Source: Planctomycetota bacterium
Lineage (GTDB): Bacteria > Planctomycetota > B15-G4 > JADJEK01
DNA length: 61,242 nt
Direction of reading: 5' to 3'
Assembly: GCA_044225365.1 (NCBI GenBank)
Contig: JBGAIQ010000030.1
Location: 1 to 61,242, forward strand
The position numbers and the translations under genes were made by a program. Shown in pieces: positions 1-9,481 of this stretch (position 1 is the first letter of the stretch; every line of letters begins with the position of its first letter). The notes beneath the pieces were generated by a model, which was not told the origin of the DNA, ran no database searches, and saw nothing but the letters and a program-made list of their open reading frames with translations.

Positions 1-63
1 TCGGCGACGACTACTGACGCGCGCGGGCTCGCCGCAGGTATGCTCCCCACATCGCCGCGACGT

Positions 64-139
64 GGGCCCGTAGCTCAATGGTTAGAGCAGTGGACTCATA
101 ATCCATCGGTTCCCGGTTCGAGTCCGGGCGGGCCCACCA
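64..139 (+). tRNA. tRNA with CAU anticodon, most likely tRNA-Ile2 (lysidine type); elongator tRNA-Met not excluded
   Basis: GGGCCCG/CGGGCCC acceptor stem, TAGCTCAATGGTTAGAGC D-arm, GTGGA-CTCATAA-TCCAT anticodon arm, GGTTCGAGTCC T-arm and encoded CCA. G1:C72 is paired, so it is not the initiator. Confidence 0.93.
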
Positions 140-558
140 TCCGTTTTCTGGCGGGCGAGAGACGAACGGTGCGTGCGCCTGCGCCACCAAGAGCCTGGGA
201 CGCGCGTGCGAACAGTGCGGGTTGCGAATTATAGAAGACACTCCGCTGCGGGTCGTTTTAGGAGCAGAGGGTCGAAACCAGTACCTTGTTGATGTGGCGG
301 CGCCGCAATCGCGCAGCCTTCCCCTCAGCGGCTCGGTGATTGCGCGTCTGGGTCATCGAGGCTTCCGTACGGGTAACATATACAGCGGTGAGGAAGTCGC
401 GTGCCAGCTGACGCGGGACAGCGGCAATTCCGATGTCGCGATGAACATCGAGCCGGCCTCTCGTACGCGTCGTCCAAAGTGCCATAGCGAAGACTGCTCT
501 ACGTTGACGATCCATGCACTCGGGCCAGTTCCACACCGAAGAACTCGCTCAGCATGAG

Positions 559-577
559 TTTTCCAACGGGCTGTTAG
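559..577. mobile_element. Isolated IS/MITE-type terminal inverted repeat (right end)
   Basis: TTTTCCAACGGGCTG-TTAG, nearly identical to the ends of the 2705-2875 element. No matching left end was seen. Confidence 0.45.
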
Positions 578-655
578 CATGGTCTCGGGTAAGATCTCGT
601 ACTGAAATACCGGCGTGGGCAAGCCATTGCAGGGCGGTGCTTTCGGGGGTGTCGC

Positions 656-2704
656 ATGGTGGGGAGATTCGTTCCGCGGATTGTGGCCTCTTTGACCGCG
701 AGTGTGGGGTTCGCCTCCCCGATTCATGCTCAGGACGCGAGCAATCCCCTGGCGTCGAAGCCAGTGTGGACCGTCGAGGGTGATCAGCTCTACTCGAATT
801 TCGGCGGGTCCGCGGCGAGCGCAGGTGACGTCAACGGCGACGGATACGCAGACGTCGTCGTCGGAGCAAGGTTCTACAAGAATGGCGAATCCTTCGAGGG
901 CAGAGCATTCGTCTACTTCGGCTCCGCAAAAGGCCTCCCGTTCGCTCCGGCCTGGATCGCCGGGAGCGATCCGGCGATGGGACAGTTCGGGGCTTGCGTG
1001 GCGAGCGCGGGCGACGTGAACGGCGACGGATTCTCCGACGTCATCATCGGGGCACCCTACTTCCACGATGGAAAGAAGGGCGAGGGTGGGGCGTTCCTCT
1101 ACCTCGGTTCCGCGAACGGTCTCGCGCTCGAACCGGCGTGGCACGCCGAGAGTCATCAGAAGTTCGCACATTTCGGCTCGGGCGTGGCGGGCGCGGGCGA
1201 CGTGAATGGCGACGGCTTCGTCGACGTTCTCGTTGGCGCCCCCGAGTTCCACAACGGGGAAACCGACGAGGGTCGAGTGTTCCTCTACCTCGGGTCGAAG
1301 GCCGATCTCGGACATCCTGCGGCATGGATCACCGAGAGCAATGATTCGACCGCGGGCTTCGGATATTCGGTGTCGAGCGCAGGAGACGTGAACGCCGACG
1401 GCTTCTCCGACATCATCCTCGGAGCCTTTGTCGGAGGAGGGGGGAAAGGCCTGGCGCTGGTCTACGTCGGCTCCACGGTCGGCCTCGGGCCTTCGCCGGC
1501 GTGGACCGCCAAGGGCAATCAGGAATTCGCGGACTTCGGTTTCTCCGTGGCGACGGCAGGGGACGTCGACAGCGATGGCTACTCCGACATCATCGTCGGG
1601 GCTCCTGGTTTCGACAACGGCGAGTCCGGGGAGGGCCGTGCATTCCTCTACCGCGGGTCCGCAGCCGGCGTAGCGACGCTCACTCCGGCCTGGACCGCGG
1701 AGGGCGATCAGGCGGCGGCCAGTTTCGGTGGCTCCGTGGGGACCGCAGGGGACGTCAACGGCGACGGGTTCTCCGACGTCATCGTTGGCGCTTTCCGCTT
1801 CGACGACGGGGAGACCAACGAAGGCCGGGCCTACGCCTACGTCGGGTCGGCGGCCGGCCTCGCGCTCGCCCCCGCCTGGACCGCCGAGGGCGATCAGTCG
1901 CACACCGGCTTCGCCGTGAGCGTGGGGACCGCGGGGGACGTCAACGGCGACGGCTTCTCCGATGTCGTCGTCGGAGCCTATGAGTTCGACGACTTCAACC
2001 CCCAGAAGGGCCGGGCGTTCGTCTACCTCGGCGCTCCGCCTGCGTCCGCCTTCATTCCCGGGGATCGACTGCACGGGGCGTTCACGGCGCAGGGCGACTA
2101 CACTGCGGCGGCGTTCGACGGCATTGTCGGTATGAAGGTTGGTCTCGAATTCGACGGGACCCCATCCCCGATGACGATCCGACTGCAATTGCTGGCGGCC
2201 GATGGATCCGTCGCGAAGCAGTCGATTGTCAATCTCGGGGCGAAGAACCTGAAGAAGACGCTGAACCTGAAGTCGTCGGGCCCATTCACTCTCCGTTGGA
2301 ATCTGCTGAGCGGCACGCCCGGCACCTTCGACATCACGACGTCGCGCACTCTGCCAGCGCCGCCGAATTCGACGATCTTGAAGCCGAAGACGGATAACAA
2401 GACGACGGCCTCTCTTGCTCTCCTCGCACTGCCGGGCGCGCTGCTCGACGTCACGCTCACGAAGCAGAAGTTCACCGGCACGATCGGCGTGTCGATGACG
2501 CGACCAGACAACACGACGTACGACGTGAGTTCGTATACGACGACCGCCGCGGACGGGAGCGTCACACTCGCCGGCGTTCCGTGCGAAATCGTCGGCGCCT
2601 ACAAGCTCATCGTCCGTGGCTACTCGAACAGCAACGAGACGGTAAAGGCGAAGGTGAAGGTCACTCCGCCCGCTCCCGGCAACGCGGACGTGAGCCTGCC
2701 GTGA
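656..2704 (+). CDS. Secreted FG-GAP (integrin alpha-like) repeat protein with two C-terminal beta-sandwich/PPC-like domains
   Basis: Signal peptide ending IHA-Q; seven FG.SV..AGDVNGDG(F/Y)SD.IVGA repeats; about 220-aa non-repeat tail. Confidence 0.92.
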   Translation: MVGRFVPRIVASLTASVGFASPIHAQDASNPLASKPVWTVEGDQLYSNFGGSAASAGDVNGDGYADVVVGARFYKNGESFEGRAFVYFGSAKGLPFAPAWIAGSDPAMGQFGACVASAGDVNGDGFSDVIIGAPYFHDGKKGEGGAFLYLGSANGLALEPAWHAESHQKFAHFGSGVAGAGDVNGDGFVDVLVGAPEFHNGETDEGRVFLYLGSKADLGHPAAWITESNDSTAGFGYSVSSAGDVNADGFSDIILGAFVGGGGKGLALVYVGSTVGLGPSPAWTAKGNQEFADFGFSVATAGDVDSDGYSDIIVGAPGFDNGESGEGRAFLYRGSAAGVATLTPAWTAEGDQAAASFGGSVGTAGDVNGDGFSDVIVGAFRFDDGETNEGRAYAYVGSAAGLALAPAWTAEGDQSHTGFAVSVGTAGDVNGDGFSDVVVGAYEFDDFNPQKGRAFVYLGAPPASAFIPGDRLHGAFTAQGDYTAAAFDGIVGMKVGLEFDGTPSPMTIRLQLLAADGSVAKQSIVNLGAKNLKKTLNLKSSGPFTLRWNLLSGTPGTFDITTSRTLPAPPNSTILKPKTDNKTTASLALLALPGALLDVTLTKQKFTGTIGVSMTRPDNTTYDVSSYTTTAADGSVTLAGVPCEIVGAYKLIVRGYSNSNETVKAKVKVTPPAPGNADVSLP

Positions 2705-2875
2705 CAGCCCATTGAAAAACTGGGCCGGTGTTCGCCGGGCTGCGAAAGGCCGGTGCATCCTCGGACATCGTACCCACATCTTTCGATTGATATGCCTCCC
2801 CTGTCCTCGTCCGCTCGAAGCTTCTCGCTCGAATTCGGTACTCGGCCGACTTCTTCCGACTTCTTCAACGGGCTG
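2705..2875. mobile_element. MITE-like non-autonomous element, about 170 bp
   Basis: Terminal inverted repeats CAGCCCATTGAAAAA (2705-2719) and TTCTTCAACGGGCTG (2861-2875), 13/15 match. No credible ORF inside. Confidence 0.65.
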
Positions 2876-3056
2876 CTACGCTGGATGTTTGGCGTCGCCC
2901 ACGTGATTCAATTCAATCCTGGCGCTCAAGGTGGGTCGATCGATCTGAATTCACCGGCGAGCAGAGCGGGTGTCGGTTGGATCCTCCCCGGCTCGCATCG
3001 CGCGTCCCTCGGAAACCCGGATTCGGCGAAGTCATCTTGCCACGGTGAGATTTGTT

Positions 3057-3341
3057 ATGCCTAACGATCCGGTCCCGGTTGCATCTGGTAAGGAGACCAC
3101 TCCGAGCGTCGCGGATCTTCAACGGCGGATCTGCGAGTTGGCGAAGCAAGTGAGGTGGCAATCCAGGTTCACCATTATTTGGATTTTCCTGCTCACCGTC
3201 GGCCGAGACCTGCCCAAGCAATACGCGTGGTGGCCTTTTGTGCTGATACCAGGGATCATGATCGTGATCTTGGCGTGCGTCGTCTGGAAGGAGGCGCGAA
3301 AGCCAATCGGCTCATTTCGTCAGGACACGAACCATGGCTAG
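3057..3341 (+). CDS. Small membrane protein (short coiled coil plus two hydrophobic segments)
   Basis: MPNDP... start; ADLQRRICELAKQVR helix; hydrophobic FTIIWIFLL and WWPFVLIPGIMIVILACVVW. Confidence 0.6.
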   Translation: MPNDPVPVASGKETTPSVADLQRRICELAKQVRWQSRFTIIWIFLLTVGRDLPKQYAWWPFVLIPGIMIVILACVVWKEARKPIGSFRQDTNHG

Positions 3342-3538
3342 GAACGCGGCACGTGCCGCTGGCTCCATCGCAAGCGGGACGCGACGTGAGCGAGCGATGG
3401 GGCGCGGTTGATTTCTTCGCGCTGTTGGATTCGCGTTCGTCGAGACGCTCGATCCGGCCGAGAGCAAGGCAACGGAAAATGCGATCGCGCACGGCATCGG
3501 GTACGATCGTGCGGTCCCGAGCGACGGAGCGCGCGGCC

Positions 3539-3844
3539 ATGTCGAACACAACGGACTCGAGGCCCAACGATGAGTCCGCATCGAATGCGGCGGAGGGCAA
3601 TGCGGACTTGCTCCGAAGGGTGAAGGCTCTCGAATCGCAACTGCAGCGAAGAGGAGGGAACGAGGGCGAAGGCGGGAAGCCGGATCTTTCGGCCGCCGTG
3701 ATAGCAATCGCGCTCGGGCTGGGAGTGTTCTGCGTCTGGGGACACTGGGTCGCGTGCATCTTCGGACCGCTCGCGGTCATCGTGCCCTTCCTCGATCCTC
3801 GAGTCTGGCGAAGGGGCGGCCGACGAGTCGACCGCGTGCAGTAA
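3539..3844 (+). CDS. Small membrane protein (short coiled coil plus TM hairpin)
   Basis: MSNTTD... start; ADLLRRVKALESQLQ helix; hydrophobic C-terminal half. Confidence 0.6.
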   Translation: MSNTTDSRPNDESASNAAEGNADLLRRVKALESQLQRRGGNEGEGGKPDLSAAVIAIALGLGVFCVWGHWVACIFGPLAVIVPFLDPRVWRRGGRRVDRVQ

Positions 3845-4040
3845 GAGACTCGGAAAGCGCGGGGGCGCTTTCTAAGGGGCCGTCGGCTTCATCGCGAGCA
3901 GCGCCGCGACGTGAGCGACCAAGGGGGCGCAGTCCTCGCCTTCGTCGTAGTCGTAGAGGACGATCCGGCCCGGAGCCTTCGCTTCGCGGCATGTCGAGTC
4001 GTTCGACGGGATTCGGGGTCCGCCGTCCTCGCGTCGGTGC

Positions 4041-4547
4041 TCACGCGACGACGAATTGGCCTTCGTCGATGCACTTCCAGGTCTTGCCGTCCCACGTGTA
4101 GAGACGAGAACCGCTGGCGGCGGCACGTGGTCCTTCCCAATCCGAGCTTTGCAGAGCGACGCTCTTCGCGGTGGGGCGAGTGAGGGAGTACTGGATGCGA
4201 AAGCCGCCTCGGTAGCCGGAAGGCGTCCGCGTCGGCCATTCGCTCCCGAAATGAATATTCTCGATGGGGATGTCCGACTCGCGCAAGTAGAGCCTTCCGT
4301 ACTTAGTTCGAAGCGCGCTCTCCACAGCATCCAGCTCAGCAATCGTAAAACCTACGCATTGGTCGCGATCGAATAGCACCCACGAGAAGGTTGCTCCCGA
4401 CTCGTAATGAATGCTCTCCGGTGTCTGCAGGAGAATAAGATCACCAATTCGAGCCGAGCACAGGTCCGCGGGAATCGGGATCGGGGTCGAGCAACCGAAG
4501 AGTCCGAGGGTCAAGGTAACGAGAGCGATAACCGTCGCGCGATACAT
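4041..4547 (-). CDS. Hypothetical lipoprotein
   Basis: GGAGGAG SD upstream; MYRATVIALVTLTLGLFG-C lipobox; protein-like composition. Confidence 0.7.
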   Translation of the reverse strand: MYRATVIALVTLTLGLFGCSTPIPIPADLCSARIGDLILLQTPESIHYESGATFSWVLFDRDQCVGFTIAELDAVESALRTKYGRLYLRESDIPIENIHFGSEWPTRTPSGYRGGFRIQYSLTRPTAKSVALQSSDWEGPRAAASGSRLYTWDGKTWKCIDEGQFVVA

Positions 4548-4825
4548 CCGATGCTCCTCCGGCGCGCCAAAGCACGGCGCCGCCGTCGAGCGTAGGCAAT
4601 CGGTCCGGGCGAGCAAGCTCGAGGACGAGACCGATGTCGGTCGCACCGTGAGCGTGCAATTGCAATGAACGCCGCACGCGCCGGGACCATCGCGCGCAGC
4701 GGAGCGCCGTCGTTCTCCGAAGGCCTCGATGGATCGATGGGTCTCGATTCGTGAATCGAGTATCGGCTACACTCGTGACCTGCCGCGCGGGGCGATTCGC
4801 GACGGAACGAAGAAGGAGACTGGCG

Positions 4826-5065
4826 ATGCTTGATGCGAATCGGGACCGAGTTCGACGCCTCACCGGCTTGGAGATCTGGGGTTTCATCGTGGGGCGCGTG
4901 TTGGTCGCGTTCGGTCTCGGGGTTCTTGCTGCGGTCCGCGCGCCTTCGCTAGCGATCCCGGCGGCGTGGCCTGCTGTACTCGTAGGGCTCGCGATCTTGA
5001 TGTTCGCCGGGAGGGGTATGCTGCGCCGCCGGCCGAACGATCCTATGAACGTCGATCGAGGGTGA
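4826..5065 (+). CDS. Small two-TM membrane protein
   Basis: AAGGAG SD; two hydrophobic helices. Confidence 0.65.
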   Translation: MLDANRDRVRRLTGLEIWGFIVGRVLVAFGLGVLAAVRAPSLAIPAAWPAVLVGLAILMFAGRGMLRRRPNDPMNVDRG

Positions 5066-5087
5066 CCCCTCTCCGAAAGGAATCGCG

Positions 5088-5714
5088 ATGTCCATTCCAC
5101 TCGAATGCTCCATCGCGCGGGTCGGCGGTCGCCTATCGCGATTCATCGCGTTCCGACGGCCCGCATCGAGCTCGCCCTTCCTCGCGCTCGCACTTCTCGC
5201 GGCGGTCACTAGCGCGTGCGGCCCATGCAAGAATTCGGGCACTCGCATCCTGGAGGAGAGCGCCGACTGGGACAGCTACGGAGCGCCGCTCGGTACTCTG
5301 CCGAGGGCGGGAGGGACGTCCTTCTCGATCCTGTCCGAGTACGAAGGTGCAGGTTCGGACGTCGGCGCCGTGCTGGCGCGCGATGGAACGATCGTCGATT
5401 ATTGCCGCAAGGACGGCTGCTGGATCCTCGTGAACGATGGGGGCGCGTCGATCCGTGTGACGTGCGCAGACGACAAGTTCACCCTGCCTTTGAACTGTCT
5501 CGGGCGCCATGTGATGGTGGAGGGAACGTTCTCGATGAACACGGTCTCGGAGGAGGAGGCGAGGCGCTACTTCGTGGAGTCGAAGGAGGTCGCGGGAACC
5601 TTTGGCGATGAAGCCGAGCTCGAGGCGGCGGCGAAGTCGATCGTCGGCCATCGCCACGAACCCACGATCGCCGCCACCGGCGTTCGAGTTTCGAAGACGC
5701 GTTGGAATCACTGA
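5088..5714 (+). CDS. DUF4920-family protein (start uncertain)
   Basis: YG...G.IVDYCRKDGCW motif; VEG...VSEEEARRY; IAATGV near the C-terminus. Confidence 0.75.
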   Translation: MSIPLECSIARVGGRLSRFIAFRRPASSSPFLALALLAAVTSACGPCKNSGTRILEESADWDSYGAPLGTLPRAGGTSFSILSEYEGAGSDVGAVLARDGTIVDYCRKDGCWILVNDGGASIRVTCADDKFTLPLNCLGRHVMVEGTFSMNTVSEEEARRYFVESKEVAGTFGDEAELEAAAKSIVGHRHEPTIAATGVRVSKTRWNH

Positions 5715-5846
5715 CCGTGGACGGGAGCTCTCGACGCGAAATCGGAGAACAAGGATGCGCGGACGGGCGATGGGGGTACGAGGTACGATCGGCCTCGCCA
5801 GAACGTTTCCCGTGGCCATTCGAGATGCGTGCGAAGACGTGAGAGC

Positions 5847-6059
5847 ATGAACGACATCACTCGTGATCGGACTGCGCAGGAAGAACCGCCGTCGCCTCCG
5901 TCTGCACCGGTCTCGCGGGAGGAGTTCGACGCGCTCCGCGAGAAGGTCGCGGCGCAGGCCCACGCCCTCTGGTGGATTCGCACCGTGTTCATGTGGATCG
6001 TCGTCTGGAAAGTCGCACTCGTGATCTTCAGCGCGATCGGCGATTCCGCATCTCGTTGA
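5847..6059 (+). CDS. Small single-TM protein with short coiled coil
   Basis: VSREEFDALREKVAAQ followed by LWWIRTVFMWIVVWKVALVIF. Confidence 0.55.
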   Translation: MNDITRDRTAQEEPPSPPSAPVSREEFDALREKVAAQAHALWWIRTVFMWIVVWKVALVIFSAIGDSASR

Positions 6060-6115
6060 ACGCGCTGGAAGGGATCGCCTCGAGGCGGATTCGACGACCG
6101 ACTTTGGTTCGCTGG

Positions 6116-6137
6116 ATGTTCTAATGTTCTAGAACAT
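6116..6137. promoter_or_regulatory. Palindromic operator, probably for the adjacent GntR (YtrA-like)
   Basis: Perfect inverted repeat ATGTTCTA-N6-TAGAACAT, AT-rich, 12 bp upstream of the GntR start. Confidence 0.7.
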
Positions 6138-6149
6138 GAGTCGAACCCG

Positions 6150-7094
6150 ATGAGTCTCGATCCGAGCAGCCCCATCCCGCTCTATCACCAGCTCGCCGAG
6201 ACGATCCGTTATCGGATCGCGACGGGAGCCCTGAAGCCCGGGGATCCGCTGCCGCCCTTGCGACGCGCGGCGGCGATCTGGAAGGTGAATCTCCACACCG
6301 TGAGGCGGGCGTACTCAGAACTCTCGAAGAGCGGGGTCGTGGAGACGCGGGCGCCTCGCGGGACCTGCGTCGCGTCCACCGTTCCGAAGTCGTCGCGAAG
6401 CGCCTCGCAGGTCGATCGCGAGCGCCACCTACGAATCCTCGTCGACGAGGCGCGAGACGTGATGCGGCGCTTCGGGATCTCTCAGGACGAGCTCTTTCGA
6501 GAGCTGCGGCGGAGCGAGTCCCAATCGCCGAAGCGGGATGTGTACGTGATCGAGTGCAGCGCGACGCAGTGCGACGACCTCGCCGCGCAGATCGAAGCGC
6601 GCTTTTCCGTGAAGGCCCACGGCTGGCCGATCGACCGTCGCAAGGCCTTGCCGCCCGGCGCCGTCATCGCGACGTACTTTCACTACAACGAGGTTCGGAG
6701 GCGATGGCCGAAGCGGCTCTCGGACGTGCGGTTCCTCGCGATCGCGCCGGAGCCGGATCTGGCGAGCAGGTTCGTCACTACGACGCCTGGCGGGCGCGCC
6801 CGGTCGAAAGTGATCCTGTGCGAACGCGACGAGTCGATGGCGCGCAACATCGCCGCGGATCTCGTCCGCATGCTCCCGTCCGCAGACGACGCGCTCACGA
6901 TTCGGATCGTCGAGCGAGCGAAGGACTGCCTCCGCGGTGCGAGCGAACGCGCGAGGATCCTGGTCTCGCCGCGACTCTTCGGCGAGCTTCCCGCCAACCT
7001 GCGCGAGGATCCTCGAATCACCCAAGTCCGCTACGTGTTCGATCCCGCAGCGCTCGATGCGCTCGGCGACGAACAGAGATGGGAGAGAACGTGA
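6150..7094 (+). CDS. GntR-family (YtrA-like wHTH) regulator with extended C-terminus
   Basis: PIPLYHQLAETIRYRIATGALKPGDPLP.LR..A....VNLHTVRRAY.EL motif. Confidence 0.9.
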   Translation: MSLDPSSPIPLYHQLAETIRYRIATGALKPGDPLPPLRRAAAIWKVNLHTVRRAYSELSKSGVVETRAPRGTCVASTVPKSSRSASQVDRERHLRILVDEARDVMRRFGISQDELFRELRRSESQSPKRDVYVIECSATQCDDLAAQIEARFSVKAHGWPIDRRKALPPGAVIATYFHYNEVRRRWPKRLSDVRFLAIAPEPDLASRFVTTTPGGRARSKVILCERDESMARNIAADLVRMLPSADDALTIRIVERAKDCLRGASERARILVSPRLFGELPANLREDPRITQVRYVFDPAALDALGDEQRWERT

Positions 7095-9454
7095 GTATCT
7101 CGATCGGATGCAAGATCGTGGCGATCTTCGGTGTCCTCGTTCCCGACACTACGGCGGGCGATCTCACACCGCCCTCGAGGCAGGCGATCGAGGCGACGCT
7201 TTCGAGGCTGGAGTCGGCGTTGAATGCGAAGGACGTCGACGGGGCACTCGCCGTCTTTCGTACGTCGCCGAGTTCCCCGCGGACGAGTGCCGAGATCGCG
7301 GGACTGCTGACGCGCGAGGAGCCCCACGTGTCGCTCCATCTCGGCACCATCCTCCCGAAGGCGGGATCCCGTGATGCGACCGCGGCGGCGGTCCTGCGGC
7401 GCGCCGAATATCGGGAGTTCGGGCGGCGGAAGATCCTCATCGAGTGGCGAACGATGGAGTTCGCGATGGACGGCGCGAAGGCGGGCGAAGCGACGATCGT
7501 CGCCGACGCGGAGCGCGCGTTCGCGCGCACGGCCTTCACCGACCTCGAGGTCACTCTGTTGCCCGACGACGGCGAAATGCACGGGACCTGCAAGCTGAAG
7601 TTCGAGATCGACGCGCCGGGAGAGGACGTCCTCCTGCTCGAGCTCAATCGGGGACTCGACGTGACCTCGCTCACGTACGCGCCGGGCGAAGGGGAGGATG
7701 CGGGAACGAGCCTTCCGTACGAACGCGTCGCCGACGCGATCCTCGTCCCGCTCGGCGAATCGCTCGCGGCCCACGCGAGGGGCACTCTCGTCGTCGGGTT
7801 CGATGGGTCGCTCTTCAACGAGTCGAAGGAGCAGTCGTATTCGCAGGTCTCGATCGCGGATGCGGGATCGTTCGCGAGCTGGGTGACGAGCTGGTATCCG
7901 CACCTCGGTGGTTCCGGCAGGAAGTCGAAGGGGAGGATCACCTACGACGTGCCCGAAGGCGTGACCGTCGCGAGCAGCGGGAGTCTCGTCGAACGACGCT
8001 CGGCCGACGGCCGCGAGAAGCAGGTCTTCGCGGTGACGAGGCCGCTCGATTTCTCGTTCGCGGCGGCCGAGTACTTCCATCGCGAGGAGAAGGTCGACGG
8101 GATCCAGCTCGGCGTCTACCTCCTGCGCGGCGGCGACGAGAAGGCGAAGCTCTACATCGAGGAATGCGCCCGCGCGCTGCGCTTCGAGACGTCGCTCTAC
8201 GGGGCCTATCCGTTCGACGGCTATGCCGTCGTCGAGATCCCCGCCACGGTCACCGGAACGCTCGGCGGATCGAGCGAGCAGGGGATGAACCTGTTTCCCG
8301 TCGGCGTCCTCCCCGACGCCTCGTTCCCGCGATTGCTCGTCGCGCACGAGATGGGTCACAGTTGGTTCGGCAATCTCGTCTCCGGCGACACGACGATGAT
8401 GACCGAGGGGCTGGCTCAGATCAGCGCGGCGTTGTGCGTGAACGAATTCGAGGGCGAGCGCGCGATGCGCCGCTTCCTCGAGTACGGAGTGCCCGGCTAC
8501 GAGCAGTCGGCGACCGCCTATTTCGCACTCGGTGCAACTCGTCCGGGATTCGATCTGCCCCTCGACCGGCCCGGCAGGGGAGCGAACGAGAACTCGATAT
8601 TGCACGAGCTCGCGGACACGAAGGGCGTCTTCTTCTACGCGATGCTGCGAGATGCCATCGGCCATGATCCATTCGTCTCTGCGTTGCGCTCGCTCGTCGT
8701 CGAATTCGCCGGGAAGGAGGCGACCCTCGCCGATCTCGAACGCGCCTTCGAGAAGGCGAGCGGCCGGGATCTGCGCGACTTCTTCGCGCAATGGCTGTCG
8801 CGAACGGGCGCCCCGGAGTTCGAGTGGACCTGGAAGACGCGGCAGGAAGCGTCGGGCTTCGTCACCTCGGGTGCGATCACGCAGCGGCCGCCCTTCTACT
8901 CCGTCGATCTCGAGATCGTCCTGCTCACCGGGGGCGAGAAACGAGTCGAGAGAGTTTCCGTCGCGGGCGCGTCGACCTCGTTCTCGATCGCTGCGGAGAA
9001 GCGACCGGATCAGGTGCTCCTCGACCCGAACGACAAGGTCCTCCAATGGACGCCCCGCATGCGCCATCTCGCCCTGCTGTCCAGCGTGCGCGGCCCGCTG
9101 ATCGCGGGCAATGTTGGAGACGCGCTCGCCCGACTCGACGAGTTCGAGATGAAGGCGCCAGGCACGCTGGAAGGGCTCGCCCTACGCGGCGTGATCCTGG
9201 AGCAGCAAGGCGATTCGAAGCGCGCGGAGGAGTCGTTCCGCGCGGTGATCAATCGCTCGGATGCGCTTGGAGTCGATAGTCCCGCCCTCGGCGTGAGCCT
9301 CGTCCATCTCGGTCGGATTCTCGATCTTCGTGGACAGCGCGCCGAAGCGATCGAGTCGTATCGTCGAGCGCTCACGCTCCCCGACGATTTCGATTCGCAC
9401 GCGATCGCGATCGCGGGGATCGAAACCCCGTATCGAGAGTCGAGCTCGAAGTAG
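7091..9454 (+). CDS. M1-family (aminopeptidase N-like) zinc metallopeptidase with C-terminal TPRs
   Basis: AHEMGHSWFG...EGLA (HExxH-x-E); KG.FFY.MLR..IG; GTG start overlaps the GntR stop (GTGA). Confidence 0.88.
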   Translation: MSISIGCKIVAIFGVLVPDTTAGDLTPPSRQAIEATLSRLESALNAKDVDGALAVFRTSPSSPRTSAEIAGLLTREEPHVSLHLGTILPKAGSRDATAAAVLRRAEYREFGRRKILIEWRTMEFAMDGAKAGEATIVADAERAFARTAFTDLEVTLLPDDGEMHGTCKLKFEIDAPGEDVLLLELNRGLDVTSLTYAPGEGEDAGTSLPYERVADAILVPLGESLAAHARGTLVVGFDGSLFNESKEQSYSQVSIADAGSFASWVTSWYPHLGGSGRKSKGRITYDVPEGVTVASSGSLVERRSADGREKQVFAVTRPLDFSFAAAEYFHREEKVDGIQLGVYLLRGGDEKAKLYIEECARALRFETSLYGAYPFDGYAVVEIPATVTGTLGGSSEQGMNLFPVGVLPDASFPRLLVAHEMGHSWFGNLVSGDTTMMTEGLAQISAALCVNEFEGERAMRRFLEYGVPGYEQSATAYFALGATRPGFDLPLDRPGRGANENSILHELADTKGVFFYAMLRDAIGHDPFVSALRSLVVEFAGKEATLADLERAFEKASGRDLRDFFAQWLSRTGAPEFEWTWKTRQEASGFVTSGAITQRPPFYSVDLEIVLLTGGEKRVERVSVAGASTSFSIAAEKRPDQVLLDPNDKVLQWTPRMRHLALLSSVRGPLIAGNVGDALARLDEFEMKAPGTLEGLALRGVILEQQGDSKRAEESFRAVINRSDALGVDSPALGVSLVHLGRILDLRGQRAEAIESYRRALTLPDDFDSHAIAIAGIETPYRESSSK

Positions 9455-9481
9455 CGCCACCTTCGCGCGTTCCGCGCGGAC

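Noticed and set aside
140-655. Possible integrase or prophage attachment region after the tRNA
   Set aside because: No integrase ORF, and no repeat of the tRNA 3' end was seen in the window.
780-2030. Regularly spaced GACGTCAACGGCGACGG-like repeats that could suggest a CRISPR array
   Set aside because: They are coding FG-GAP repeats with codon-level variation, and there are no cas genes.
353-2779. 808-aa minus-strand ORF
   Set aside because: Antisense shadow of the FG-GAP gene; Arg-rich and without motifs, typical of high-GC DNA.
6554-7090. N-terminal extension of the 966-aa peptidase ORF
   Set aside because: Overlaps GntR and is Arg-rich nonsense; the GTG at 7091 is the better start. The same applies to the extensions at 12151, 15474, 22937, 49299 and 51924.
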